Shown piece by piece: positions 31,880 through 49,154 of a stretch of 64,000 bases of DNA. Made by a program: the position numbers and the translations under genes. This DNA comes from the human T2T-CHM13v2.0 reference genome, Homo sapiens. Where the stretch lies: the NCBI RefSeq assembly GCF_009914755.1, contig NC_060944.1; one strand, given 5' to 3'. A model generated the notes under the pieces. It saw only the letters and a program-made list of their open reading frames with translations. It was not told the DNA's origin and searched no databases. The stretch's first letter is position 1. Each line of letters opens with the position of its first letter.

Positions 31880-32382
31880 ACTGGATCATGTCGCTCCTCC
31901 GCCCAAAATTCCCCAGTGGCTTCTCATCTCAATAAACTCTGACGTTCTCTCATGGCCCCCAAATCCCTGGGTGATGTAGCCTTCTTCAGCCGTGGGGCCC
32001 TTGCTGCTTCTCAAACACACTGAGGACCATTCCACTTCAGGACCTTTGCATGCGCTGTTCCCTCTGCCTCAAAAGCTCTCCCCTACATCCCTGAGTGGTC
32101 CACTCCGATTCCTAAAACATGGATTGGATGTTACCTATCCAAAAAGGCCTTCTTCAATCACCACATCGAATAAGACTTCTCCTGTTCTCACCCTGCCTTA
32201 GTTTTCTTCAGACTCAATATTACTGCATAAAATGTGATTTCTTTGTCTATTTAGCTATTTACTGCCTCCTTCCATTAGAAAGTTCTCTCCATATGGCAGG
32301 GACTGGGTTTTGTTCACTATGGATGCTCCAGCTCCAGGAATGCAGTTAGATTTAGAATAAATATCTGCTCAGTGAATGGATA
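31880..32382 (+). mobile_element. L2a-like 3' end
   Basis: gatcatgtcgctcctc...acctttgcatgcgctgttccctctgcc...ataaatatctgctcagtgaatg. Confidence 0.75.
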
Positions 32383-32720
32383 TACAGTCCTCATGGCTGG
32401 GAGCTTTTCCCAAAGTCTATAACCAACTTTGTCATTTCTTTACATGCCACTCAGCAAATCTCGTTATTCATTCATTAAACTCTTTTTTTTAAATTTTATT
32501 TTTTATTTTTATTTTTGTTATACTTTAAGTTCTAGGGTACATGTGCACAACGTGCAGGTTTGTTACATCTGTATACATGTGCCATGTTGGTGTGCTGCAC
32601 CCATTAACTCATCATTTACATTAGGTATATCTCCTAATGCTATCCCTCCCCCCTCCCCCCATCCCACGACAGGCCCTGGTGTGTGATGTTCCCCTTCCTG
32701 TGTCCAAGTGTTCGCATTGT

Positions 32721-36538
<3,818 letters not shown>

Positions 36539-36601
36539 TATGATGTTAGCTGGTTATTTTGGTCATTAGTTGATGCAGTTTCTTCCTAGCATCAATGGTC
36601 T

Positions 36602-37619
36602 TTACAATTTGGCATGTTTTTGCAGTGGCTGGTACCGGTTGTTCCTTTCCATGTTTAGTGCTTCCTTCAGAAGCTCTTGTAGGGCAGGCCTGGTGGTTAC
36701 AAAATCTCTCAGCATTTGCTTGTCTATAAAGGATTTTATTTCTCCTTCACTTATGAAGTTTAGTTTGGCTGGATATGACATTCTTGGTTGAAAATTCTTT
36801 TCTTTAAGAATGTTGAATATTGGCCCCCACTCTCTTCTGGCTTGTAGAGTTTCTGCCAAGAGATCCACTGTTAGTCTTATGGGATTCCCTTTGTGGGTAA
36901 CCCGACCTTTTTCTCTCTGGCTACCCTTAACATTTTTTCCTTCATTTCAACTTTGGTGAATCTGACAATTATGTGTTTTGGAGTTGCTCTTCTCGAGGAG
37001 TATCTTTGTGGCATTCTCTGTATTTCCTGAATTTGAATGTTGCCCTGCCTTGCTAGGTTGGGGAAGTTCTCCTAGATAATATCCTGCATAGTGTTTTCCA
37101 ACTTGGTTCCATTCTTCCTGTCAATTTCAGGTACACCAATCAGACATAGATTTGGTCTTTTCATATAGTCCCATATTCCTTGGAGGCTTTGTTCATTTCT
37201 TTTTACTCTTTTTTCTCTAAACTTCTCTTCTCGCTTCATTTCATTCATTTGATCTTCAATCACTGATACCCTTTCTTCCAGCTGATTGAATCAGCTACTG
37301 AAGCTTGTGCATTTGTCACGTAGTTCTCGTGCCATGGTTTTCACCTCCATCAGGTCATTTAAGGACTTCTCTACACCAGTTATTCTAGTTAGCCATTCGT
37401 CTAATCTTTTTTCAAGGTTTTTGGCTTCTTTGCAATGGGTTTGAACTTCCTCCTTTAGCTCGGAGAAGTTTGATCGTCTGAAGCCTTCTTCTCTCAACTT
37501 GTCAAAGTCATTCTCCATCAAGCTTTGTTCCATTGCTGGTGAGGAGCTGCGTTCCTTTGGAGGGGGAGAGGCGCTCTGATTTTTAGAATTTTCAGCTTTT
37601 CTGCTCTTATTTTCCCCAT
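36602..37619 (-). pseudogene. Disrupted L1 ORF1
   Basis: Peptides ARREWGPIFNILKEKNFQPR, YPAKL, RPNLCLIGVPE; several stops and frameshifts. Confidence 0.93.
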
Positions 37620-39119
37620 CTTTGTGGTTTTATCTACCTTTGGTCTTTGATGATGGTGACGTACAGATGGGGTTTTGGTGTGGATGTCCTTTCTGTTTGT
37701 TAGTTTTCCTTCTAACAGTCAGGACCCTCAGCTGCAAGTCTGTTGTAGTTTGCTGGAGGTCCACTCCAGACCTGTTTGCCTGGGTATCAGCAGCACAGGC
37801 TGCAGAACAGCAATATTGTTGAACAGCAAACGTTGCTGCCTGATCATTCCCCTTGAAGTTTCATCTCAGAGGGGTACCTGGCCATGTGAGGTGTCAGTCT
37901 GCCCCTACTGGGGGGTGCCTCCCAGTTAGGCTACTCGGGGGTCAGAGATCCACTTGAGGAGGCAGTCTGACTGTTCTGAGATCTCAAACTCTGTGTTAGG
38001 AGAACCACTGCTCTCTTCCAAGCTGTCAGACAGGGACATTTAAGTCTGCAGAGGTTTCTGCTGCCTTTTGTTCAGCTATGCCCTGCCCCCAGCGGTGGAG
38101 TCTACAGAGGCAGGTAGGCCTCCTTGAGCTGCGGTGGGCTCCACCCAGTTTGAGCTTCCTGGCCACTTTGTTTACCTACTCAAGCCTCAGCAATCGTGGG
38201 CGCCCCTCCCCAAGCCTCGCTGCCACCTTGCAGTTCAATCTCAGACTGCTGTGCTAGCAATGAGCGAGGTTCCATGGGCGTGTGACCCTCCAAGCCAGGC
38301 ACAGGATATAATCTCCTGGTGCGCCGTTTGCTAAGACCGTTGGAAAAGCGCAGTATTAGGGTTCTAGTGACCCGATTTTCCAGGTGCCATCAGTCACAGC
38401 TTCCCTTGGATAGGAAAGGGACTTCCCTGCTCCCTTGTGCCTCCCGGGTGAGGTGATGCCTTGCCCTGCTTTGTCTCATGCTCGGTGGGCTGCACCCACT
38501 GTCCTGCACCAACTGTCTGACAAGCCCCAGTGAGATGAACCCAGTACCTCAGTTGGAAATGCAGAAATCACCCGTCTTCTGCATTGCTCACGCTGGGAGC
38601 TGTAGACTGGAGCTGTTCCTATTCGGCCATCTTGGAACTGCCCCCAACATTCATTAAACTCTTAAATATCTTTTGTGTTTATACAGATTTGGCATTTGCT
38701 GACCTTAGCTCAAGAGGATATTAATGCAGGCAATGATGACGCTGGAGACTGCAGTGAGAGAAGGTGTTACCCCTCATCCGAACTGCCATTGCCAGGTGTT
38801 TATTACAAAAAAAAGAATCACCTGAGAAATATGTGAATATACCCTCCTTACATTAAGTTGAAACATTTCCCTTTCATCACAGCTCTCCCCAATCCCCAAC
38901 CCCTTCAACCCTCCCCAAAACAACCATTTTTTTTTAAAACAGTGTGGATTATAAATTCCCAAATCTTTTTCTGTTCACTTGAACATGTAAAAATTACCTG
39001 GAGAAAATGAGTGCTATTTTACATACATGTTATTATATTTGGATTCAAATTTATGTATTATTTTCCAATTTAATTTTATTTCACACAATCTTATGTTCTA
39101 GAAAAATAGCTATGGTAAT

Positions 39120-39798
39120 ACATGGAGGCTGACCTCATTTTTGTTGATTAATGTTTGCATACACACCTTTTTTCATCCTTTACTTTCAACTTATCTACGC
39201 TGTTGATTTTGAAATCAGTTCCTTATCAACAGCATAAAGTTGGTCATTTTGTTTATCCATTTTGCCAATCTCTGCATTTTAATCAGTTTATTTAGATAAT
39301 TTACATTTAAAGCAATTGCAGGAGGACAGGTCCCTGGATGGCAATGGCTGACCCAGCTCTTCCACTTTTGCTTGCAATCCTCAGGTAGTCTATATTAAGA
39401 ATGAGGTATCTTGAGATAAGGAGATCATGTCTGGAACAACCCAGACTGTGTCCTAACTCCTAGAACAAGGTGTCCTGCAAGGCTTGAGCTCAAGATACCA
39501 AGTGTCACCCAAGGAATGTAAACCCAGGGCACAGCAGGTTTGGGTCCCTCAGCTGCAGTGCAATGTGGAGCAAATGCAGTCAAGACTCCATCTGCCCTGG
39601 GCAGCTTTCCTGGGCCGTGGAGGACCTGCTTGTCATGGATCCTAGGCTCCAGTTGACCCTTGCTGCCTATCTGTGAGTAATAAATCCAATCCACTTTGCC
39701 TGACTTGTGTGAGTGTCTGCCTCATCAAACCAGATCCAGTCACTAGGTAGAGAACCTTTGTGTGATTATTGACACGTTAGGACTTAAGTCTGCCATTT
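39120..39798 (-). mobile_element. Old L1 (L1MC/ME) fragment hosting LTR insertions; continues after 41218
   Basis: tttttcatcctttactttcaacttatct; atccattttgccaatctctg; ttaggacttaagtctgccattt. Confidence 0.6.
39317..39762 (+). mobile_element. ERVL-class solo LTR (MER74/MER73-like)
   Basis: tccctggatggc...gagataaggag...gggtccctcagctgcagtgca...gcctatctgtgagtaataaa. Confidence 0.65.
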
Positions 39799-41217
39799 CG
39801 TCTGCCCCCACCCACCCCTGCCATCAGGAGCATCAGGGCCACAGGGGGAGCTGATGGCAACATCACCCCTGTCCCAGATGCTGGCCCAGGCCCAGCAAGG
39901 ACTTGGAGCCCCCACCCCAGACTGTGAAGGGGCATGGCCAGGGGTGCAGTGTTCCACAGAGGTAGTGGGAGCTGGGGAAAAGTGGGATCCCTGCTCCTTC
40001 CAAGTTGGTGGGGCGGGAGCTCCCCAGGTATAACTGCAGCTGCCCAAGCTGTGGCTGCAACCCAGCACCCTTGTGCTCTTGGGAGTTAGGAGGAGGCAGG
40101 GTACTCACCCTCCTGGGAGGTGCTGCTGCCACCCAAGTCATAGCTATGGATTCGGGCCTCCAGCTCCATGCAGCAGGCAGGAGCCCTGCCTCCTGAGGTA
40201 CAGCTGCAGCTGCCCAGACCAGGGCTGCAGACCCAGGCATTTCTGCATGCTTGGGGGGCCTGGGAAGGCACCCCACACCATTGCAGACATGCAGGTTCCT
40301 GCTCCCACTGCCTGGCTTCTCCTGGCTCCTGGCACCTGCTCTGATCTTTGAGCAAGGTTAAGGACAAGCCCAGGTGCTGTCACAGCCTGGCCAGGTATGC
40401 CCAGGCTTGGGGGCAGTGTTGACATGCCAACACCCTGGCACCCCAATCCCCTCTGGACTTTGGGCACCTAGAAGTGCAGGAGGGGAAGCTGAGGGTGACT
40501 GGGTGCTGTCCTGCAGGTACCCTTTGGTGCCAGCAGCCTGGCCACCATGGATGGCTGTGGGAGACAGACAAGCTCCTGGGCAGAAGGGGGTGGTTCCCAG
40601 TAAGGCCTCACCTTCAGGTCTGAAGGCCAAGGGCTGGGATCCCAGTCCTGCAGATGGGAGTGGGGACTTGTGGTGCCTCTTCCAGCCCCACCCATGGCTG
40701 CCCTTGTACCAATCAGCACACACTTTCTCCCTTCTGAGGTTCATAAAAGCCCCAGGCTCAGGCACAGCAGGGCAGAGGATGGAGAGGATGAAGAGACCTC
40801 TGGACAACCAGCTACAGAGAGGAGCAACGCTCTCTGCTGAGAGCTTCAGAGACCTGCAGAGACAAGGGAACTACCAGTTGCAAAGAGAAGCAATCCTCTC
40901 TAGGGCCTCCTCCCTGCTGAGAGCAGCAGATGTGGGGAAGACCAGTAACAGAGAGGAGCTACTCTCTCCAGGGCCTCCTCTCTGCTGAGAGCTGAACACT
41001 CCATGGGACAACCTGGCTATAGAGAAGAGCTACCCACTACCCACTGCAGGTCCTCTGAGCTGTCGTAACACTTAATAAAGCTCATGCGTGTCTTGTTTAC
41101 CCTTCACTTGTCTGTGTACCTCATTCTTCCTGGATGCAGGGCAACAACTTGGGCAAAGGTGCTGCTGGCCACAGAGGTTTCTGGCCAGAAAATCAGCACC
41201 CCAAAGATCCCATAGCA
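39799..41217 (+). mobile_element. MER52-family LTR (ERV1)
   Basis: GC-rich ctgcagctgcccaag repeats and agaggagctac..ctctctgctgagagc repeats; ends ccacagaggtttctggccagaaaatcagcaccccaaagatcccatagca; flanks attt/attt. Confidence 0.85.
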
Positions 41218-41344
41218 ATTTTATTATGTGTTTTCCATTTGTTTCACCTCTTTTTCGTTCCTTTCTTTGTTTTTTATTGTTTTCCCATGGGCTGTTCAAA
41301 CCCATTTTAAGAAATCTATCTTGACTTGATTTTTTTTTTTTTTT

Positions 41345-41583
41345 GTCAAGAGGAAGGAAGCACCAGAAGGGGGAGGAGGTGTCAGGCTCTTTTTAACAAT
41401 CAGTTCCCTCAGAGTTAATAGAGCAAGAACTCACTGATTACCATAAGAATGGCACCAAGCCATTCCTAAAGGATCTGCCTTCAGGAAAGAGACACTTGCC
41501 ACCAGGCCCTACTTCCAACATTGGGGACCAGATTTCAAGAGGAGACTTGGCAAGGCCAAACAAACCATATCCAAACCACAGCA
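41345..41583 (-). mobile_element. MST-type MaLR LTR fragment
   Basis: caggctctttttaacaa...gaactcactgattacc...tccaaaccacagca. Confidence 0.75.
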
Positions 41584-42839
41584 AGCAGCCTGAATGCATG
41601 CAGGCACTCTGTTTAGGTTTGGTGTGCAGGTCTTGGTTTACCTTTATGGGCTGTTGGTTTCAATGGCAATTTAATTTTCAGAGACTGTATGGTGATATTT
41701 TAGTCTGTGTGGCGTGGTGATTTGGGCGCTCCTCAAAATGCGACATTAGTAATCCCTACTAGTGCCACTTGATGGGGTGTAGGAGTTTCCCTAGGCCAGG
41801 CCACCTATGCTCTAAATGGGGCAATAAAGTATCTGCTGACATTGATGATGATGAGTGCTTCCTGGAGTGGGTGCTTGTTTTGAATCTTCTCATTGGTGGT
41901 GACTGGCTGCCCAGTGTCTCTAGGTGGGGAAAGAGAGTGTCAGGACCATGAGGACAAATAGGTGTCCTGGGTCAAGTGCTTGTTATAGTGGTCTCTCTCT
42001 TGCCTGGGCTGCCCAGCCATCTTGATATCTCCCAGTAAGGGAAATAAGTCTCAGGTTCAATGGGGAAAGGCAGCACTTCATTTGCCCACTTCCTTTAGCA
42101 GGGCTCCCTGTCAATCACCCTCGCACTTGCTCTCAGGCTCACCTAGTGTTGTCAGCAGTGCTCCAAGGTGTCCTGGGGGAGGAATGAGACCACCTCAATC
42201 TCATTCTGTTGCTAAGTTGGGTTGCCTTCTGCTGTTGTGGGGGTGGTCCTAAAATGTCCTGCTTCAGTGTTCTTCCCCCAGTTCTGGGGTTCCTAACCAG
42301 ACTCCTTTGCCCTCTTGCCTTTCAGAGTTGTCCTCTGGTTGCCCCTTGTGTCATTTCTGGGCTCATACTTGCCAAAGGTTCATAGTGTTTGAGTAGTCTT
42401 CAAAATATACATTTTTAGTTATCTTAACTATATTTCATTTTTGTTATGTTTTGTATCTTACTACTTTCTGCTTTTATCTTTATTATTTTATAGCTCTATT
42501 CTCTTTGTTGTTCTTTTTTTCTACCTTCCTGTGTTGATAAAAAATATTTCGTGCTAAGTCACAAAACCTGCTAACAAAAACCAATAAACTAAGAGATATT
42601 GATGTTTTACTGAAAAAATTACATGACCAATTTTAAACATCCTAAATTGGATCTGTTTAAAAAAGAAAACTATGATTTGTTATCAGTTTAGCTACATATA
42701 TAATTCTAGGATTCACATATTTTCTGTCACCACTTTGAAGATATTAATCTACTGTCATCTTGAATATAAAATGTTTGAATATAGACCAGCTTTATTGACT
42801 TCCTTTCAATGAATAGAAAGTGATGCTGCTTTACTTGTG

Positions 42840-43080
42840 AAGTTTGGAACCTTGCCACCATGCTATGAGGAGGCCGAGGCCACATGATGAGATCATATGT
42901 GGCTCCTTTGGCTGATAGTGCCAGACTGAAGTCCCAGTCAAGAGCCAGCATCAAGACCAGGCATGTGTGTGAGGAAGCCTTTGAGATGACTCTATCTTAG
43001 TTAACATCTGACTGCAGCTGCATGACTACCCCATGTGAAAACCACCTAGCTGAGCCCAGTTAGCCCCCAGAAATCATGAT
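42840..43080 (+). mobile_element. MLT1 (G/H-like) LTR fragment
   Basis: gccaccatgctatgaggaggcc...agccagcatcaa...ccacctagctgagcccag. Confidence 0.7.
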
Positions 43081-44987
43081 TTGGGTCCCTCAGCTGTGCC
43101 ATTAACTAGCCATGTGACTTTGGGCAAATTATATGACTTGTCTATAAGATGGTCCTCGTGATACCTACACTACAGAGTTATTCTGAGAACTAATTAAGAT
43201 AATAATTCCCCAAGGTAGGTATTATTTTGATCATTTTACCCATGAGAACATGTAATGGGAAAGGCCAAGTAAATTGCTGAAAGTCAGCTAAACATATAAC
43301 AAGTGACATAATGTGATTTTGGACTTTAAAAAATCTGACTCTAAAGCATGTTCTCTTTACCATTATTCATTTTCATTGCTAAAAATGATCACCATAGCAA
43401 CCCATTAACCTACCTAATTTCACATTAGGACCTAGAGAAACAATATCATCTTTTTGCATACCTTACTTTAACTTAAGTCCGACTTGGCAACAGGCTAACG
43501 TAGTGATGCCATTTAAAGCAAAATAGAAAAAAGTGTACCATGGTTTGAAATACCTGAGCCCATAGGCAGGTTAAGCAGACACCTCAATGTGCCAGTGTGA
43601 GAGAGAACAGTGAGTTCTTTTTGGCCTCACTTTCTGATAATGCTGTTTTTGGAAAATGAATTTTACCAAAATAGCATGCCATGCATGAATCTTATTCAAA
43701 TGCCAGGGTTGCTGTTGGAGCTAGAATGTAGATACGTTGCAGATTATCATAGCGATATAGAAGGGAAAAGGAGCTGAGTAACAGGGAGAGAAGTGTGGTG
43801 AGGGTGATGGAAATCTTAAATGTTTTCACACTCTCAAAATTCTCATATACATTTTCTCTCCACTGGTGGATCATATACATCATCAGGGATTAAAATGTTG
43901 TCACAAAGTCAAAATGATCAGAAATAGCAAAAGCCATGTATTCTCTGGACATATGTTTCCGGAATTAATCATAATATGAATCCAAAAGACAATGTCATGG
44001 TTCTACGTTTGACACATCAAAGAATAGTGAGAATTTGTTTTAGAAGGAGAAGTTTACTCAAAGTCTCTTTCTAAACAATGGTTTGCTGCTGCTACATTGA
44101 TTTATCTAATTATCATTATTATTATCATCATGGGTTAATGTTTGTTGATTACTTATGCAATCTTGTTATTGCTATGCAATATATTTACTAGGTACTAGAC
44201 AGCATTCTAAATACTTTCATGTATTACCTCCATTAATGTTCCTTTGATGCAAATACTTTTTAATGCACATTTTACAGTTGAAGAAATTGAGGCACAGAGA
44301 AGTAAATTCAGTTGTCAGCCTAGGAAGTTTAGGATGGGCAGGTGGGACAAAATTCACATTCAGAGCCCAAGTTCTTAACCTGCTCTACTATTTAATATTA
44401 CCATTTTCAATACTAACTATAGATGGCATTTATTGTTACATGTGCTGGGCTTAATGCAAAACACTTCACCTTGACCAAAGCAGAGGGATGGAAGAGAGTG
44501 AAAACTGAATAATTTTCTCCATGTGTAAGTCAATGTTCTTTAATTCCTTGCTCTCTTCCTTTATTATTCCTTAGTGAATTATTTGGGTTCTTTGTGCTAC
44601 AGCATTGAAACTCATGGGGTCATAGAAAGGTAGAACTTGGGGTGGGATGGATTCTGGGCCTTTTATACCAGTTCCCCAATTTAACACATGAGATCTGGAT
44701 GTCTATAGAATTCTGAAAGCTGTGTTCTCTGTCCTCTCATGGCAGGAGTGAAATTATTCAAAATTATTTTTTTACATGTGAGGCTTTGCCTCTGACTCCC
44801 TGAATGGCCCTGGCCAATGTCTAATCTCATTGGGCCTCAGTGTTCTTATCCATGTGATAAACTTGTTGGTTTGCAGTATCCCAGAGCCCTCACAGTCATA
44901 GTCTGGGTGAATGCCTACAGTATAGCCCAAGCACTCTCAGATTTATGCCATTTCATTTTCATATTATGATATAAAGCACTCATCTAC

Positions 44988-45359
44988 TGATATGGTCTGG
45001 CTCTGTGTCCCCACTAAAATCTCATCTTGAATTGTAATCCCTGTAATCCCCATGTGTTGAGGGAAGGACCTGGTAGGAGGTAATTGGATCATGGGAGCGG
45101 TTTCCCCCACGCTGTTCTCATGATAGTGAGTGAGTTCTCACAGATCTGATGGTTTTATAAGTGTTTGACAGTTCCTCCTTCACATGCTGTCTCTTGCCTG
45201 CTGCCTTGTAAGACATGCCAGCTTCCACTCCCGCCATGATTATAAGTTTCCTGAGGCCTCCCCAGCCATAAGAAACTGTACGTCAATTAAACCCCTTTTC
45301 TTTATAAATTACCCAGACTCAGGCAGTTCTTTATAGCAGTGTGAGGATGAATTAATACA
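44988..45359 (+). mobile_element. THE1D/MSTA solo LTR
   Basis: tgatatggtctggctctgtgtcccc ... taataca; perfect TSD tctac. Confidence 0.93.
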
Positions 45360-45984
45360 TCTACATAAAGATACAATTTTTTCTGCAAGTGTGATGAGAT
45401 CAATGCTTTCCAAAATGTGGGCCAAGACCACCCACTGAGACTCCTGCTTATAAGAGGAAAAGGAGCAGGAGATGAAATAAGGTTGAATCACACACTTCTA
45501 TCTCGGTCCCTCTGCCTTTATCAAGGTGAAGTCTCACTTGGGAGGCAATGTGTCTTTATCACTCTCCAGCACTTACTCACCTCTTTTTTTACTTAATAAA
45601 GAGCCTTCCCAGACAACATATCTATCTAGCCAAAATTTAGTAACAATACTTAATGTTTTCCTTGTATTTGTTTTTAGTTTGCTTCTATTTGAGTCAAATA
45701 AAAATGTTTTTCTATTTGCTGTAGTGCAATAAAGACTGTTTAAACATTGATTTATTTAAGAGAAAAAGTTGATTTCGAGAAAAAATGTTAAATAGATATT
45801 AGTAGGGATACATGCCAGTTATTTATTGTGGTTTAATCAAGCACCCCCAAAGTTAATGGCTCAAAACAACAGTATTAAGATTACTATTGCATGGGTGAAC
45901 AATTTTGGCTGAACTTAATTGGCTGGTTTTTCTGGTCTTAACTGGTTCTCTCATGCCTCTGAAATCTGTTGAAGTCTGTCAATC

Positions 45985-46375
45985 TCTTCTCAGAATAGTA
46001 TTTTTACAGTAAAAGTAACACATGTAGAATTGCAAAGGAAGCCAATTATACTAAAATACAGGTATCAAAATATACAATTTTTGGTATTGCAATATATTGA
46101 TTTCTTATTAACACATTCATTAATGAGGTCTAGTGGCAAATCAATCAACTACCATAATTTTGAATAGTGGTAAATGTGAACAGTGTTTCAAGATCCCTGC
46201 AACAACTGTGATGTGATATAAAAGTATCTGTTATTTCCACTGGCTCCAAAGTCATGGATTCTAATAAGATAATTGTCATTTGTTGCCTAAATTAATTATC
46301 AAAATAAACGTCAAATCTCATTCAAAAGATAGCAAAAAATAACAATTTTTTTCCATATAGGTTTATAGGTCTTCT
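45985..46375. mobile_element. hAT-Charlie-type DNA transposon fragment
   Basis: aggtctagtggc...actaccataattttga...ctgcaacaactgtgatgtgatataaaagtatctg recalled as Charlie-family sequence. Confidence 0.5.
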
Positions 46376-48641
46376 CTATCTAAAGGGTAAGTCTGCTCAT
46401 TGGTTATGGCCACGCTCTTTGCATTATTTTTTCCTTTAGAAAAGGATAGTTGTGAATGTCAAAAATCTGAGGATACAGTGGTTCTATGGTAATAAATATT
46501 TGTTCCTTCAAATTGTTGTTGGCTTTTATTACTTGGGAAATTTTATAGGCTGTGTGTTGTTCAGTTGTGTTTAGTATACCACAATGTTCTTCCTAAATCA
46601 GATCTCAGGCTCTTTGGCATTCTGCTAGCAGAGGGCTGTCTTTAATCCTTCTCTTCGTTCCACAGGACCCCTGTAGCCTTCCTTGATGTTATCAATTTCT
46701 TAAATTTTTCCACAGGATTCTCTGATACCTAAATGTTCTGACATTCTAATACATCTACTTTTTATATGTAATTGGTGGTTTGAGAATGAAGATTGTGAGG
46801 TGAAAGGGAGTGATAGTAGGAAGTAAATAAATAAGGGGGAATGAAGAATGGTGAGCTGAGATCCAAAGATGGTTTTTTGTTGGTGCTTAGGAAATGTTGG
46901 AGTGTCCGAGTGACAGGGTTGGTATTGTAAACCCAGGAAACAGCTATGTTTTATCCCATTTCTCTGCCTTTCCTGGGAAAAACTGGGTTCTCTCCTTTTT
47001 GAGTAATTCTCTAAGTATCATGAGAGATGTCACAAAAAGATTCAAGAAATGAACACAGCCTAAAATACCTTGTCCACTTCCAAGGACTTTAAATATGTAT
47101 TTATCATGCTTTGCTATGTGGGATTGATTAGGGTGTAGAGACCATTTATGCAAGAACATCTGAATACTACATTATTACATGTTTGCAGTGCACAAAAATA
47201 TTTCCATTTAGAGCAGATTTAGGAAGTGAAAATCTGAGAATTAAAAAAAGCAAAGACAACCAGCCCAGTTATGCATAGCTGAGTGACCTATATTGGTTAC
47301 AAAGTTTTTATCTCTTCATTAGAATTGTAAACAGAACTCTCTGCAAAAGAAAGGATGATGCTGTAAATACAATGGTATATAGCCAAGCAAGTCAGCCAAG
47401 AACACTGTTATTCTGGGGGAAGTTGAGAATGCAGAGGTTCCAATGGCTTTCATAGGGATTAAAAAAAAATGGAAGTAACAATTTTTTCCATGCAGAATGA
47501 AATGAGAGATGGTACCTGACTGATTCAGTGTCAAAGCTAAGTATTTATTTGTACCCATTTGCCTGTTTTCCTACTGTATCATCAAATACACATGATTAAT
47601 TCAAAGCATTATTTCTTTTACTTGTTCATTTTTATATTACACAAGTAATAAATATTTGTTTAAAAAACACAAACAGTACAAGTAAAAGGAGAAAATTCTT
47701 TCGCCTTCTACCAATCTCATCCCTGGAGATAATAGCCTTTGTCAGTTTACTGTGTAATCTTACCTGATAGATTTCTAAATATGCATATCCACCTACATGT
47801 GTGTATGAACATGTAATCAAAATAGGATTTTTATACACATTTTTCTGCAATGTGTTTCTTTTACCTAAAATAACTGTCTTCCTTCTTCTCATATCTGTAT
47901 TAGAAGAAAATTCTTATTTTTTTAAGAACTGTGCTATGTGAAATTCCATTGTATGGTTGCCCCATCATTTATTTAACATTCATCTAACGCCTGGCATTTA
48001 GGTTGTCTCCTACTCAATAAATATTGAGAATTTGTAATCCTCTAGGGATGCCGTGGAGGAGTACAAACCATATAAGGAAATTCCTCTCCTCTCAAGTAGT
48101 TTGAGGCTGGATATGTGAGTCAGACATATTGTGTAACAAATAGGCTTCAGATTTCAGCAGAGAATGCTAAGAATTCCCAATGCAACAGAATCTAATAGCC
48201 AACTGAATCAAAATAGTCTAAAAAAGAAAGATATTGTGCACGAGCATTTCTCAGTAGAAAATCCAACATATCACAATAGAATGGTTAAAGGGCAATTATT
48301 CATAGTAGAGATTTTTTCTTACAAAATATTTGATTTGTTAAGCATCCCTCTAGTACTTAAATCTTGATGTTTTTACCAGCAGCTTTTTGATACCCTTTAG
48401 GACACCTGCCAAGTAAAAGAAAGCTTGAATGTTAGGAACTCCTAAAGGTTGGAGCTATATCTTCATTTCCCAGATATTTAAGTGGAAAGATATAATTCAA
48501 TATATTCAAAAGAGGTTCCCCTAGTGTGCTAGGAACTTTTAGCGTCTCTTCAGATCATCCCAGGCTCACCTGTCTCCAGGACTCTTGCTTCCTGGCTTTC
48601 ACTTTGGAGAGCAACTTTAGGTAGACTCTCATCACTGTCAG

Positions 48642-49154
48642 TGCCACAGCAGACATTGTGCAGGAGCTGCCTGGCAGTACCTTGTCTCAAGCCCACAGCT
48701 TGAGCCTCTTGTCTTCAATACAGGGCTGTCTTCCATCTTGCCACTGAGGCTTAAGATATATCAAGACCTGCCTGGCACTCACAGGGGTGCATGGCAAGGT
48801 GAAGAAAAGTTAATGCCTGATGGGGTAGACTTTTGATCAGTGGGAGATGAAAGCTAGTGGATAAATTCTCCTCTTATTCCTTTGCCACCCTGCCAACAGA
48901 CTGTCTTGAGACTCAGTAGCCCTTAAGGCCTCTCAGAAGCAGGATCCATGAAATAGTACAGTTAGCTGGTTTTATTATGAAGCAGTGGCCATCTCTATAG
49001 TGCCCTAACTCACACTTGCTCTGTTGTCTTCTCTGCCCTACTCCTTTCCCTCACTTCTGCTTCCCTGGAATTGTACTCCGTAATGCAGGAGTTTTCAGCT
49101 ATGTTGATAAGCTGTTGTCTCAGAATCTGCTTTTGCAGAACACAGGCAAAGACA
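48642..49154 (+). mobile_element. LTR16-family solo LTR (ERVL)
   Basis: gtggataaattctcctc; cacttctgcttccctggaatt; ends tctcagaatctgcttttgcagaacacaggcaaagaca. Confidence 0.65.

Noticed and set aside
32644-32665. G-quadruplex-forming tract on the minus strand
   Set aside because: Standard L1 3' UTR polypurine tract; not specific to this locus.
38193-38285. L1 ORF0
   Set aside because: The homologous frame is present (xVGAPPQASLPPCS...), but the ATG is ATC and a TGA follows after about 30 codons.
40374-40988. 204-aa ORF and overlapping ORFs
   Set aside because: Lies wholly in the GC-rich MER52 LTR, where stops are rare in all frames; no recognisable domain.
40790-41040. Regularly spaced agaggagctac...ctctgctgagagc repeats
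   Set aside because: Intrinsic internal repeats of MER52-family LTRs.
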